A stretch of 64,000 nucleotides of DNA from Lachnospiraceae bacterium (GCA_022791975.1 JAAWAC010000012.1:58518-122517), one strand, 5' to 3'. Positions 36,270 through 46,296 are shown, counted from the first letter of the stretch. Made by a program: numbers and translations. Notes: generated from the letters alone by a model not told the origin.

Positions 36270-37046
36270 TTAGGAAATATCTCCTGTTGTCCGGTCTCTT
36301 CGATTGTTCATCCCACAGTAAATCAACGCAGCGAGAAAGAGAACAATACTAATCCATTGAGACGTGGAAAAGCTTCCCAAAGCCCCCCGGCTGTCGCTGC
36401 GATAATATTCCAGCCCAAAACGAACAGGAGCATACAAAAGGAGATAGATACTCAGACTGCTTTTCCTCCGACTCCTTTGCGTGTCTATATATAATAGAAG
36501 AATGGCTGCAATAATCAGATTCGCCAGCGCTTCCGTGCGCTGTACTGGAAAGAGAGAGACATGATTGGGGGCAAAGAAAGAGTTTTCGTATACCTGTGCA
36601 AAAGGCCCTTCATAGGCCGCACCATAGCAACACCCCACAAGGCTACAGCCTATCCGACCAAAACCATGGACAATGGGAATGCAGGGCATACACACATTCA
36701 CATAGCGAAATACGGGAAGCTTCCAAATCCGTGCACACAGAAACAAGCAAAAAAGTCCTCCCAAAAGCCCTCCGTAAAAAACAAAGCCACCCACCATTAT
36801 GCTGTTGAGATACTCCCAGTCCAACAGACGGGAAATGTCAATTTGCCTCCAGGACACCACAAGATAAAGGATCTTGGCCCCCACAATACCACCCAGCCCC
36901 ACCAGGGAAGCGATAATGGCAAAATCATTTACATCCAGGTGGAACAGCTTTACCTGCACATAGCCACAAAGAGCAGCCGCACAAACACCCAGGGCAATAA
37001 AAAATCCATAATAGGGAATGAAAAAAGCTCCCACATGAAATCCCAT
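36270..37046 (-). CDS. Prolipoprotein diacylglyceryl transferase (Lgt) family protein
   Basis: YGFFIALG, GGFVFYGG, GRIGC..GCCYG, PVQ..E, RFGLEYYR.D.RG, STSQWIS. Confidence 0.85.
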   Translation of the reverse strand: MGFHVGAFFIPYYGFFIALGVCAAALCGYVQVKLFHLDVNDFAIIASLVGLGGIVGAKILYLVVSWRQIDISRLLDWEYLNSIMVGGFVFYGGLLGGLFCLFLCARIWKLPVFRYVNVCMPCIPIVHGFGRIGCSLVGCCYGAAYEGPFAQVYENSFFAPNHVSLFPVQRTEALANLIIAAILLLYIDTQRSRRKSSLSIYLLLYAPVRFGLEYYRSDSRGALGSFSTSQWISIVLFLAALIYCGMNNRRDRTTGDIS

Positions 37047-37156
37047 ATATCTATCCTCTCTTTACAGATGAAAACAGGCACCTGACCGAACAAAAAAGAT
37101 AGGAATGCATCTGCACTCCTATCCATTCATACCCAATGTAATAGCTCTCTTCTACT

Positions 37157-37402
37157 TTAATACAGTGCTCCTACACTAGCTGCACAAGCTATACATGCAA
37201 TAAAGATCAGCAGGCTCAAAATGGTACCAATAATGGAGCAAACCATACCTGCCGTTGCAATACCGCTGTTCTCGGGATTGGCCTTCCTTCCCAGCGATCC
37301 CAAAACAATACCTACAATACCAATAAGCGCACTAACCCATGTGCCTCCAAAAAGGCTCAGCACGATGGATATAATTCCTAATACTAATGATGCAACGCCC
37401 AT
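37157..37402 (-). CDS. Small membrane protein (DUF4190-like)
   Basis: MGVASLVLGIISI...GIATAGMVCSIIG; GGGGGAG RBS before ATG 37402. Confidence 0.75.
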   Translation of the reverse strand: MGVASLVLGIISIVLSLFGGTWVSALIGIVGIVLGSLGRKANPENSGIATAGMVCSIIGTILSLLIFIACIACAASVGALY

Positions 37403-37499
37403 TCTACAAACTCCCCCTTCAATTTTCTGTGCGAACTCTCGACAACATTTTATCACACTTTAAACCTTTATACCATATTTTTCAGAAAAAAGCAAGACT

Positions 37500-39545
37500 T
37501 TAAATTTTAGTTAGAAATAGGCCCGCCTGATACACCACCACAGCCACCATCCAGGCCACCACCAACTGAAAGCCTGCCCCAAACAGGGTCCATCTCCAGG
37601 ACCTTGTCTCCCGCTTTATAGTGGCAATGGCTGCCATACAAGGGGTATACAAAAGACAGAAGGTCATTAGGGCATAGGCATTCACCGTGGTAAAGCTTAT
37701 GCCTGCCAGGGCTGCTGCCATAGCGGACATTCCTGCCTGCCCTGCCGCGTTGGACACCCCAAAGAGGACGCTCATGCTGGATACCACCACTTCTTTGGCA
37801 GCCAACCCGGAAATCAATGCCACCACAATTTGCCAGTAGCCCAACCCGGCTGGGCCCATTACCGGCACCAGCAGACGTCCCAGCGTGGCTCCAAAGCTTT
37901 CCGACATATCCGTCACCATGCCAGCTGTACCAAAGTTTAGCAGCACCCAGATTAAAATGGATGCGGCAAAAATGGTAGTGCCTGCCTTTTTCAGATAGTC
38001 CTCCACCTTCTCCCAGGTATAAATAGCAATGCTGTGAAGATTGGGAGTCTTATACTCTGGTAGCTCAATAAGCAAGGTATTGATTCCCTTTCTTTTGGTA
38101 AACTGGTTCATCACCAAAGCTACCAGAATGGCTACCAGAATTCCCAGCACATACATGGAGTAGGCAGCCAGCAGGGCATAGTTTCCAAAAAACATCTGGG
38201 AAAACAGCACATAAATAGGCAAGCGGGCGCTACAGGACATAAAAGGCGTCACCAAAATGGTCTTTAGTCTATCCCTGGGGTCCTCCAGGGCTCTGGAAGC
38301 CATAACAGCAGGCACCGTGCAGCCAAAGCCCAAAAGCATGGGAATAAAAGCCCGGCCGGACAGACCGATTTTTCCCATGATTCCGTCCATCACATAGGCC
38401 ACCCGAGCCATATAACCACTGTCCTCCAAAAAGGCCAAGGCCAGAAACAGGATAAAGATATTGGGTAAAAAGGTGAGAATGCCTCCCACGCCGGCCAGAA
38501 TCCCGTCCGCCACCAGGGAGCGGACCAGCTCTCCCACTCCCAAAGCCACAAGCCCATTGGTAATCAGACTGGAAACCGCCTCGATTCCCTGCTCCAGATA
38601 CCCCTTCAGCCAGTCTCCCACCGCAAAGGTCAGGAAGAATACCAGAGCCATGACTCCCAGAAATATCGGCACACCCCAAATGCGGTTGGTTAGCCACCGG
38701 TCAATCTTATCCGTAAACTCTGCCTTCTCACTTTTTCCCACCAGGCATTCCTGAATAATTTCCTCAATAAAGTCATATTTCTCATTGATAATGTCCGTCT
38801 CATAGCTGCGCTCCACCACATCGCCCAAATCCAGAGGATATTTTTCCAGGATTTCCTCGTCCTGCTCCAGATATTTCAGGGCATACCAGCGCACATTGTC
38901 CATGGGACCGAAGGTTTCCTCCATCCGCTCCGAGATCACGTCAATCTTGTCCTCTATCTCATCACTGTACACCATCACAATGTCTTTATGGTGATCGTGC
39001 CGGTGCTTGCTCTCGTAAGGGTGATCGTGCTCCAGCGCATCCAGCTCCTTGTCCTTGTGGTGAAGCACCGCATGCATCAGGATCTCCAACCCCCGTTTCT
39101 GCCGGGCGCTCACAGGTATGCAGGGAATCCCCAGCATCTCTGGCAACCGATGAAGATCGATGGCCATACCCCGCTCCTCCACAATGTCCATCATATTCAG
39201 CGCCAGCACCACCGGTCTTCCCAGCTCAATAAGCTGTAACGTTAAATATAAGTTCCGTTCCAGGGAGGAAGCATCCGCCACATCGATAACCACGTGAACC
39301 TCCTCCCCCATAATATAACTGCGAGATACCTTCTCTTCCATGGTGTAGGAGGTAAGGCTGTAAATCCCTGGCAAGTCCACCAGGCGAATCTTCTCCCCCT
39401 GATAAGAAAAGGCGCCCTCCTTTTTTTCCACCGTCACCCCTGGCCAGTTGGCCACCTTTAGCCGTGCCCCGGTGTAGGCATTAAACAGGGTGGTTTTGCC
39501 GCAGTTGGGATTTCCGACAAATGCCACATGGATGGGTGTATTCAT
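37500..39545 (-). CDS. feoB: Ferrous iron transporter FeoB (copy 1)
   Basis: GNPNCGKTT, NWPGVTVE, DLPGIYSL, NMMD, EDSGYMAR, GFGCTVP, PFMSCSARLP, LYTPC. Confidence 0.95.
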   Translation of the reverse strand: MNTPIHVAFVGNPNCGKTTLFNAYTGARLKVANWPGVTVEKKEGAFSYQGEKIRLVDLPGIYSLTSYTMEEKVSRSYIMGEEVHVVIDVADASSLERNLYLTLQLIELGRPVVLALNMMDIVEERGMAIDLHRLPEMLGIPCIPVSARQKRGLEILMHAVLHHKDKELDALEHDHPYESKHRHDHHKDIVMVYSDEIEDKIDVISERMEETFGPMDNVRWYALKYLEQDEEILEKYPLDLGDVVERSYETDIINEKYDFIEEIIQECLVGKSEKAEFTDKIDRWLTNRIWGVPIFLGVMALVFFLTFAVGDWLKGYLEQGIEAVSSLITNGLVALGVGELVRSLVADGILAGVGGILTFLPNIFILFLALAFLEDSGYMARVAYVMDGIMGKIGLSGRAFIPMLLGFGCTVPAVMASRALEDPRDRLKTILVTPFMSCSARLPIYVLFSQMFFGNYALLAAYSMYVLGILVAILVALVMNQFTKRKGINTLLIELPEYKTPNLHSIAIYTWEKVEDYLKKAGTTIFAASILIWVLLNFGTAGMVTDMSESFGATLGRLLVPVMGPAGLGYWQIVVALISGLAAKEVVVSSMSVLFGVSNAAGQAGMSAMAAALAGISFTTVNAYALMTFCLLYTPCMAAIATIKRETRSWRWTLFGAGFQLVVAWMVAVVVYQAGLFLTKI

Positions 39546-39820
39546 GGTCTCACCTCCCTGGAGTCTGCGGGGATAGCCTGATTTTTTGGCTCCCGCACCT
39601 GGATACCCTCCGCCACCTCTTTTCCTGCCGCAAAGCGGGTGCCCCGCACCTTCATCACAATGGTGCCATTCTTTTTTCGATTCAGGACCTCCACCCGTGT
39701 TCCTCTGGTCAGTCCCAAAATTTGGAGACGCCGCCTGATTTTATCTCCCAGCTGAATTTCCTCCACCAGATATCCCTCTTTAAGCTTTCCTTCCCGCAAC
39801 ATCATGCTTTTTTCCTCCAT
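39542..39820 (-). CDS. feoA: FeoA-family protein
   Basis: RRRLQILGLTRGTRVEV...KVRGTRFA.G...A..I.V; ATGA overlap with feoB. Confidence 0.88.
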   Translation of the reverse strand: MEEKSMMLREGKLKEGYLVEEIQLGDKIRRRLQILGLTRGTRVEVLNRKKNGTIVMKVRGTRFAAGKEVAEGIQVREPKNQAIPADSREVRP

Positions 39821-39897
39821 GCAGAGCAGATTTATAGAGTCAAACTGGAAAATACAGGAAAAATTCCTCGAATTTTCACACTTTTTGTATTTCCTTT

Positions 39898-39926
39898 ATG
39901 ATAGCACCTGGGAAAATCAGCGTCAA
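39898..39926 (-). promoter_or_regulatory. SigA promoter for feoA-feoB copy 1
   Basis: Minus strand TTGACG, 17 nt, TATCAT. Confidence 0.65.
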
Positions 39927-39933
39927 GCGTTAT

Positions 39934-39948
39934 TGATAATAATTATCA
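39934..39948. promoter_or_regulatory. Fur box
   Basis: TGATAAT-A-ATTATCA, a perfect 7-1-7 Fur inverted repeat between the divergent feo and ABC operons. Confidence 0.88.
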
Positions 39949-39988
39949 TTAATTATTAGATCTTCTTTTTGTACATTCTGCCAGTTCC

Positions 39989-40017
39989 TTGACTTTGCAC
40001 TCCAAACCCGCTAGAAT
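39989..40017 (+). promoter_or_regulatory. SigA promoter for the ABC/cobU operon
   Basis: TTGACT, 17 nt, TAGAAT. Confidence 0.7.
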
Positions 40018-40073
40018 GGGTGTGTTACATGGACAACACATGTGGACAAAACATTTAGAAATGAGGTACCTTT

Positions 40074-41072
40074 ATGAAAAAATTTATGCCATATGTACTT
40101 TCCCTGCTGGCTGCTCTGCTGCTTATGGCCTGTTCCGGCAAAGCTAGTTCACCCCAGGAGGAACCCGCGCCAACTGGGGAAGCGGCAGCCCAACCTGAGA
40201 CTTCTGGGGAGACGCAGGCCTCCCATACGGAAAGTTCTCCCACTTCCATCACGGTGACAGATATGAGCGGCCGGGAAATCACCCTGACAGAGCCAGCCAC
40301 CCGAATTGTGGCGCTGACCGCCTCGGACTGTGAGATCCTGTATGCTCTGGGGGCCGGTGACACCCTGGTAGGTCGGGGAGAATACTGTGACTGGCCCTCC
40401 CAGGTAACGGAGGTTCCCTCTGTACAGTCCGGAGCTGACACGAATATTGAACAGATTATTGCCCTGAATCCCCAGGTACTTCTTATGAGTACCATGGCCC
40501 AAACCCAGGAGCAAATCGCAGCCCTGGAAAACGCAGGTATCCAGGTAGTGGTCAGCGATGCCCAGGATATTGCGGGCGTTTATGAGGCCATCACGCTTAT
40601 CGGCACTCTCATGGGAAAAACCCAGGAGGCGGATGCCCTGGTGGCAGATATGCAGGCCACCTTTGGCAATATCCAAACGGAAGCCAGTGGGGACAAGAAA
40701 ACCGTTTATTTTGAGGTATCCCCTCTGGAATATGGTCTGTGGGCCGGAGGAAGTGACACCTTTATGGACGAAATTGCCCAGATGCTGGGACTGACCAATA
40801 TCTTTGCGGACATTCGTGGCTGGGGAGAAATTTCTCAGGAGCAGGTCATTGAACGGGCGCCGGATTACATTGTGACCGTTACCATGTATTTTGGCGAAGG
40901 CCCCACACCGGAGGAGGAGATATCCTCCCGGGAGGGATGGGAAAATATTCCAGCTATCCAAAAGGGACGGATTCTGAATCTGCAAAACAATGAATTGTCC
41001 CGCCCCGGTCCCCGGCTGGCTGAGGGTGCACAGATGCTCTTTGACTTTGTCTACGGCCAGGACGCCGCGTAG
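40074..41072 (+). CDS. Cobalamin/Fe-siderophore ABC substrate-binding lipoprotein (BtuF-like)
   Basis: Lipobox LMAC; TDMSGREI, RIVAL, EILYALG, EQIIALNP, LSRPGPRL. Confidence 0.88.
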   Translation: MKKFMPYVLSLLAALLLMACSGKASSPQEEPAPTGEAAAQPETSGETQASHTESSPTSITVTDMSGREITLTEPATRIVALTASDCEILYALGAGDTLVGRGEYCDWPSQVTEVPSVQSGADTNIEQIIALNPQVLLMSTMAQTQEQIAALENAGIQVVVSDAQDIAGVYEAITLIGTLMGKTQEADALVADMQATFGNIQTEASGDKKTVYFEVSPLEYGLWAGGSDTFMDEIAQMLGLTNIFADIRGWGEISQEQVIERAPDYIVTVTMYFGEGPTPEEEISSREGWENIPAIQKGRILNLQNNELSRPGPRLAEGAQMLFDFVYGQDAA

Positions 41073-41109
41073 GCCTTTCTGTCCACGGAGCTATCCCAGG
41101 AGGATTTTC

Positions 41110-42141
41110 ATGAAAAAAACAAGAGAGGGGTTTCGCCCTTTGAACTATCTCATCCTTGCAGCCATTACCCTGGCTATTCTGCTGCTCTGCGTGTGTGTGG
41201 GCAGTGTTATGCTGCCCCTCCAAGATACAGTAGCTGTGCTGTGGAATGTAATCACAGGCGCCGGGAACCAGGAGTATGAGCTGGCAGCGAATATTCTACT
41301 GCCTGTACGCCTGCCCCGGGTGCTGTGCGTGGCTCTGGTGGGCGCCTCCCTCTCTCTCTGTGGCGCCGCTATGCAGGGGCTTTTAAAGAACCCTCTGGCC
41401 GACGGTACCACCTTGGGCGTGTCTTCCGGGGCTTCCCTGGGAGCTGTGCTGGCCATTGCCTTTGGCTTTTCCCTCCCTGGCTTTCCCCTGGGAGGAACCA
41501 TGGTTCTGGCTATCTGTTTTGCCTTTCTCTCCCTGCTGCTGATTCTGTCTCTGGCCTATAAGCTTGATTCCTCCCTGTCCACCAACACCATTATTCTCAT
41601 CGGTGTTATTTTTTCCATGTTTGCCAGCAGTATCTCCAGTCTGGTTATCACTTTTGCCGGGGACAGAGTAAAAACCATCACCTTTTGGACTATGGGCTCC
41701 CTACAGGGCAGCAGCTATGAGAATGCTCTACTTCTTTTGATTGCCTTAGTCCTTTTTGGGGGGATTCTCCTGGGACATGCCCGGGAGCTCAATGCCTTTG
41801 CCGTAGGGGAGGACAATGCCAGAAGTATTGGTGTGGATGTGCCCAGGGTAAAGCTTACCCTGTTGATCTCCATTTCCGTATTGATTGGGGTCTGCGTGTC
41901 CGTCAGCGGAACCATCGGTTTCGTGGGGCTGGTGACCCCCCATATGCTGCGCAGCATCACAGGCCCCAATCACAGGCGCCTGCTGCCGGCCGCTCTTTTT
42001 GGCGGGGCCTGCTTTCTCCTTCTTTCAGATCTGCTGGCCCGAACCCTGCTGAGTCCCCGGGAACTGCCTTTAGGGGTGATCACCTCTTTTATCGGCTCCG
42101 TGGTATTTATCTATATTTTTTACAAAGCCCGGGCACATTGA
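41110..42141 (+). CDS. FecCD/BtuC-family ABC permease
   Basis: RLPRVL, MQGLLKNPLA, GVSSGA, FWTMGSL, GEDNARSIGV, GFVGLVTPH, ELPLGVIT. Confidence 0.92.
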   Translation: MKKTREGFRPLNYLILAAITLAILLLCVCVGSVMLPLQDTVAVLWNVITGAGNQEYELAANILLPVRLPRVLCVALVGASLSLCGAAMQGLLKNPLADGTTLGVSSGASLGAVLAIAFGFSLPGFPLGGTMVLAICFAFLSLLLILSLAYKLDSSLSTNTIILIGVIFSMFASSISSLVITFAGDRVKTITFWTMGSLQGSSYENALLLLIALVLFGGILLGHARELNAFAVGEDNARSIGVDVPRVKLTLLISISVLIGVCVSVSGTIGFVGLVTPHMLRSITGPNHRRLLPAALFGGACFLLLSDLLARTLLSPRELPLGVITSFIGSVVFIYIFYKARAH

Positions 42142-42171
42142 CCCTATCAAACAGGAAAGGCGGAATATCCC

Positions 42172-42951
42172 ATGCTGGAAGTTAAAAATCTTACGGTTCG
42201 CTTCGGCGCCCTCACCATTGTCGATACGATAAGCTTTTCCATTGCCCCTGGCCAGTGGCTTATGGTGGTGGGCCCCAACGGCGCCGGAAAAACCACCATT
42301 ATCAGCGCTGTTTCCCGATCAGTCCCCTATACAGGGCAGATATCCTTTGCAGGAGAGGATATTCGGCAAAAAAAGAGCCGGGATCTGGCCCGCTGCATTG
42401 GCGTTCTCTCGCAAAATCACTATGTAGGCTACGGCTTTACCGTGGAGGAGGTTATCCGCCTGGGACGCTATGCCCACGCACCGGGATTATGGGGGGATAA
42501 GCAAAAGGACCTGGAAGAAAAGATAGCGCAGGCCATTGCAAAGACAGGCATGGAGCCCTTTTTAAAACAATCCGTGCTGACCCTCTCTGGCGGAGAGCTC
42601 CAGAGAACCTTTCTGGCTCAGCTTTTTGCCCAGGACCCCAAACTGCTTATCCTGGACGAGCCTACCAACCACCTGGATCTGGTTTACCAGAAGCAGGTTT
42701 TTCAGCTGGTGCAGGAATGGCTCAAGCAGCCGGGAAGGGCTGTTATCTCCGTGGTACACGATCTAAGCCTGGCCCGCGCCTATGGAACCCACGCCATCCT
42801 GATGCAAAAGGGCCGCATTGTATCCGCCGGAACCACCAGGGAGGTCATGACTCCGGAAAACCTGAATGCTGTGTACACGATGGATGTTTTTGACTGGATG
42901 CAAAGACTCTATGGACAATGGAAATCCCCAGAGGAGGGGAATATGCTATGA
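42172..42951 (+). CDS. Cobalamin/iron-complex ABC ATP-binding protein
   Basis: GPNGAGKTT, LSGGELQR, LDEPTNHLD, VVHDL. Confidence 0.93.
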   Translation: MLEVKNLTVRFGALTIVDTISFSIAPGQWLMVVGPNGAGKTTIISAVSRSVPYTGQISFAGEDIRQKKSRDLARCIGVLSQNHYVGYGFTVEEVIRLGRYAHAPGLWGDKQKDLEEKIAQAIAKTGMEPFLKQSVLTLSGGELQRTFLAQLFAQDPKLLILDEPTNHLDLVYQKQVFQLVQEWLKQPGRAVISVVHDLSLARAYGTHAILMQKGRIVSAGTTREVMTPENLNAVYTMDVFDWMQRLYGQWKSPEEGNML

Positions 42952-43862
42952 AGCTTCTGCTGACTGGCGGATCTGCCAATGGAAAAAGCACGCTGGGGGA
43001 AAAAATGGCCCTGGATCTTACAGGCCCACACTATTACCTGGCAGCCATGAGACCCTACGGACCGGAAAGCTTTGAACGCATCGCTAGACATCGGGCCTCC
43101 CATAACCGAAAGGGCTTTATCACCATAGAACGGTATACAGCTTTGGACACTCTCTGTCTTCCCAAACGGGGCACCGTTTTATTGGAATGCCTCTGCAATC
43201 TGCTGGACAATGAGTTATTTTCCCATAATAGCCATTTCAAGTCTATAAACGTAGTCGAGCAGATTTTTCAAGGTCTGGAAAGTATTTCTAACCAGTGTGA
43301 TAACCTGCTTGTGGTTACCAACGATGTGGGCAGCGATTGGCCTTCCTATCCCCCGTCCACCCTTCAATATGCAGCCAAGCTAGGACAGCTGAATTGCCTG
43401 GCAGCGGCCTTTGCGGATGCTGTGCTGGAAGTGGTTGCCGGTATTCCCCTATTGCGCAGGGGAACCCTCAACTCTCCCTTAATGAAACATCTGGAAAATT
43501 CTGGAAAAGGAGATTCTCACATGATCCTGGTCATTGGGGCAGAAGCCTCCGGAAAACGAACCTTTGTAAAAGAACTGGGCTTTCAGGAGGCAGAAATGTC
43601 CCCTATCCTGGAGGATGCCTGCCCGGTCTTAACGGATCTCCACCGTATGGTAGCACAGGACCCACTCCACTGTGGGGAGCTGCTTCCTAAGCTTCTCCAT
43701 AAAAGGGTGGTTATCTGCAATGAGGTGGGCAGCGGCATTATCCCTGACACCCCACAGGGCCGCCTGGCCCGGGAACAGACAGGACGCATGTGCGTACTTC
43801 TGGCCCAGGAGGCGGCCCGTGTGGTGCGGATGGTGTGTGGCATTCCTACCATATTAAAATAG
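42948..43862 (+). CDS. cobU: CobU/CobP-family adenosylcobinamide kinase/guanylyltransferase, two CobU-like domains in one ORF
   Basis: Domain 1: TGGSANGKS, RIARHR, LLECLCNLL.NE, VVTNDVG, VVAGIP. Domain 2: ILVIGAEASGK, ICNEVGSG, REQTGR, VVRMVCGIP. Confidence 0.8.
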   Translation: MKLLLTGGSANGKSTLGEKMALDLTGPHYYLAAMRPYGPESFERIARHRASHNRKGFITIERYTALDTLCLPKRGTVLLECLCNLLDNELFSHNSHFKSINVVEQIFQGLESISNQCDNLLVVTNDVGSDWPSYPPSTLQYAAKLGQLNCLAAAFADAVLEVVAGIPLLRRGTLNSPLMKHLENSGKGDSHMILVIGAEASGKRTFVKELGFQEAEMSPILEDACPVLTDLHRMVAQDPLHCGELLPKLLHKRVVICNEVGSGIIPDTPQGRLAREQTGRMCVLLAQEAARVVRMVCGIPTILK

Positions 43863-43869
43863 GTATCTC

Positions 43870-44739
43870 TTATCCTGCATGGATCTGGGTGGCGGCAATG
43901 GCCAGGGCTCCGTCGCCAATATGGCAGGACACACTCAGGGAGAGCGGGTCCATATACCCCACCTGAAAGCCGGGAAAAGCCGCCTCTATCTCGGCCTTAA
44001 ATTTCTCGGCCTCCTCATAGTTGTTGGTGTGAGCTATGTCCAGATATACCTTGTGGGCATGAATCCCTCCAAAGCGGCTCTCTATATCATTGCGAATGGC
44101 ATCCAGCATAGTGGCCTTGGCCTGGTTTAAGGTGCGGGCCTTGGAAAATGCATCCAGCTTTTCCCCCTGGATTTGCAGCACCGGCTTTAAGCGCAGCATG
44201 GTTCCAATGGCTGCCGCAGCCGGAGTGATGCGCCCGCCTTTTTTCAAATATTTCAAGGTAGTCAAAGTAATATAAATGCTGGACTCCAGCTTTTCCTCCT
44301 CCAGCTGCTCTCGAATCTGTGCGGCGCTCTTTCCCTGCTCCGCCAGAGCAATGGCATCCATCACGGCCCGCCTCTGGGTAATGGAGATTCTCTGGTTATT
44401 CACCACCTCCACCCTTCCGTCAAAATCCTGTGCCAGAGCAATGGCTGTCTCGCAGGAGCCTGACAGGCCACTGGACATGGGGATATGCACCAGTTCCTCA
44501 TATTCCTTCAGAATTTCCTCCCAGAGATCCATCACGGACTCCGGCGAGGGCTGGGATGTGGCAATATCCGCATCCTTAACAAGCCTTTCGTAAAATTCCT
44601 CCTGAGAAAGGGTAATCCCCTCAAAATATTCTTTTCCATCAATGGTAAACGGCATAGGCAGCACGTAGATTCCAAGCTGCTTTCCCATTTCCTGGGTAAT
44701 GCCGCTGTTGCTGTCTGTTACAATGGCAACCTTTCGCAA
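43870..44739 (-). CDS. DegV-family fatty-acid-binding protein (FakB-like)
   Basis: IVTDSNS, TSQPS, SSGLSGS, LKKGGRI, HIGDGAL. Confidence 0.93.
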   Translation of the reverse strand: MRKVAIVTDSNSGITQEMGKQLGIYVLPMPFTIDGKEYFEGITLSQEEFYERLVKDADIATSQPSPESVMDLWEEILKEYEELVHIPMSSGLSGSCETAIALAQDFDGRVEVVNNQRISITQRRAVMDAIALAEQGKSAAQIREQLEEEKLESSIYITLTTLKYLKKGGRITPAAAAIGTMLRLKPVLQIQGEKLDAFSKARTLNQAKATMLDAIRNDIESRFGGIHAHKVYLDIAHTNNYEEAEKFKAEIEAAFPGFQVGYMDPLSLSVSCHIGDGALAIAATQIHAG

Positions 44740-44830
44740 GACGATTCCTCCTCTTCTGACAGCTTCTTATTGCTTTTTACTGTCTCCGGAAACCAGTATA
44801 ACAGGTCTATCTGGAAAAAACAATGCCTGT

Positions 44831-45187
44831 TTATTTTTTCATTTTTGGCTGAAAAATCAGGCTGGCAATATAGGCGAACACCAGTGCGGCGGATACTCCC
44901 ACAGCGCTGGACGTAAAACCTCCTTTAAAAATCCCTATAAATCCGTCGGCATCCACTGCCTCCTTTATTCCCTTCCAGAGCACATTGCCAAAGCCCAACA
45001 GGGGAACACTGGCTCCCGCCCCGGCATACTCTTGAAAGGGCTCATAGATGCCAACAGCACCCAGCACTGCACCTGTGCACACCAACAACACCATGATCCG
45101 GCCCGGCATCATCTTGGTCTTTTCCATCAGTATCTGCACCAGGGCACAGATAAGGCCACCCACCCAAAATGCATTGATATAATCCAT
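44831..45187 (-). CDS. spoVAE: Stage V sporulation protein AE (SpoVAC/SpoVAEb family)
   Basis: MDYINAFWVGGLIC...AGAGASVPLLGFGN...F.PK. Confidence 0.9.
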   Translation of the reverse strand: MDYINAFWVGGLICALVQILMEKTKMMPGRIMVLLVCTGAVLGAVGIYEPFQEYAGAGASVPLLGFGNVLWKGIKEAVDADGFIGIFKGGFTSSAVGVSAALVFAYIASLIFQPKMKK

Positions 45188-45215
45188 CTCTCATTTCCCT
45201 CCTTATGACCTGACC

Positions 45216-46226
45216 TCAGCAGTGCTCAATGACCACGCCGTGGGCGATACCCGGCACTGCCTGTCCCTCATTATAGCTGACTGTAGACAACAGGGCTCCG
45301 GTGGGTACAAAGAGAATCCGCTTCCACTGCCCCTTTTCCAGCATGGGGAGTAGCTTTGCCGCCAAGGTGACCGCCGAGCAGGCACAGCCGCTGCCTCCTG
45401 CATGGGTATCCTGGGTTTCCCCATTGTAAATCATCATGCCACAATCCAGATGCTGTCTGGAAATATCAAAGCCCTTTTTCTCCAGAAGATCCAGCAAAAT
45501 GGTCTGTCCCACACTACCCAGATCCCCCGTGACAATGGCGTCGTAATCCCCTGGTTTACGTCCAAAGTCCACCAGATGCTGATAGATGGTATCGCAGGCC
45601 GCAGGTGCCATACAGGCTCCCATATTTAGAGAATCCTTTAATCCATAGTCCACCACCCGGCCTGGGGTCACGCCCGATATGCGGGCCTTTCCTCCCTTGG
45701 AGGCAAGGACAAAGGCTCCGCTTCCTGTGACAGTCCAGGTAGCTGCAAGGGGTCGCTGTCCTCCATACTCCAGGGGAAAGCGAAACTGCTTCTCCGCACT
45801 GGCAAAGTGGCTGGAAGTCAGCGCCAGCACCACATCCGCATAGCCTCCCTGGATGGTCATAGCCCCTAAGGTCAGGGCCTCCCCAATGGTAGAGCAAGCT
45901 CCATACAGACCAAACAGAGGCAGCTGCAAATCCATCAGTCCAAAGGAAGTGGCTATCAGCTGCCCCAACAAATCTCCTGCAAACAGATACCGCACTTCCT
46001 TTCCCGGCGCCCCAGCTTTTTCCATGGCCTTCTGGGCTGCCCGCTTTTGGAGAGCGCTCTCCGCCTCTTCCCAGGAGCTCTGTCCGGCCATGGGGTCCTC
46101 CTCGATCTCATCAAACAGTGGTCCCAAAGGTCCCTCCCCCTCTTTTTTCCCTACCACGGAGGCACCACAGAGAATATGGGGGGCCTTTTCAAATTGAATG
46201 CTTTGCTTTCCAAGTATTTGTGTCAT
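45216..46226 (-). CDS. spoVAD: Stage V sporulation protein AD
   Basis: KEGEGPL, GDLLGQ, GACST, EKQFRFPLEYGGQRP, GGSGCACS, PGIAH. Confidence 0.95.
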   Translation of the reverse strand: MTQILGKQSIQFEKAPHILCGASVVGKKEGEGPLGPLFDEIEEDPMAGQSSWEEAESALQKRAAQKAMEKAGAPGKEVRYLFAGDLLGQLIATSFGLMDLQLPLFGLYGACSTIGEALTLGAMTIQGGYADVVLALTSSHFASAEKQFRFPLEYGGQRPLAATWTVTGSGAFVLASKGGKARISGVTPGRVVDYGLKDSLNMGACMAPAACDTIYQHLVDFGRKPGDYDAIVTGDLGSVGQTILLDLLEKKGFDISRQHLDCGMMIYNGETQDTHAGGSGCACSAVTLAAKLLPMLEKGQWKRILFVPTGALLSTVSYNEGQAVPGIAHGVVIEHC

Positions 46227-46266
46227 CGCTCCATTCCCTCACTCTCTTTCACATCGATCTTGGGAT

Positions 46267-46296
46267 CATTGTCTCCGACAGGAAGTTTTTTTATGC
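46267..46296 (-). promoter_or_regulatory. SigF/SigG-type forespore promoter for spoVAD-spoVAE
   Basis: Minus strand GCATA, 15 nt, GGAGACAATG matches GYATA-N15-GGnnAnAHTR. Confidence 0.65.

Noticed and set aside
39950-40073. Cobalamin riboswitch expected before the btu-like operon
   Set aside because: No B12-box or AxxGGGAA motifs and too little space.
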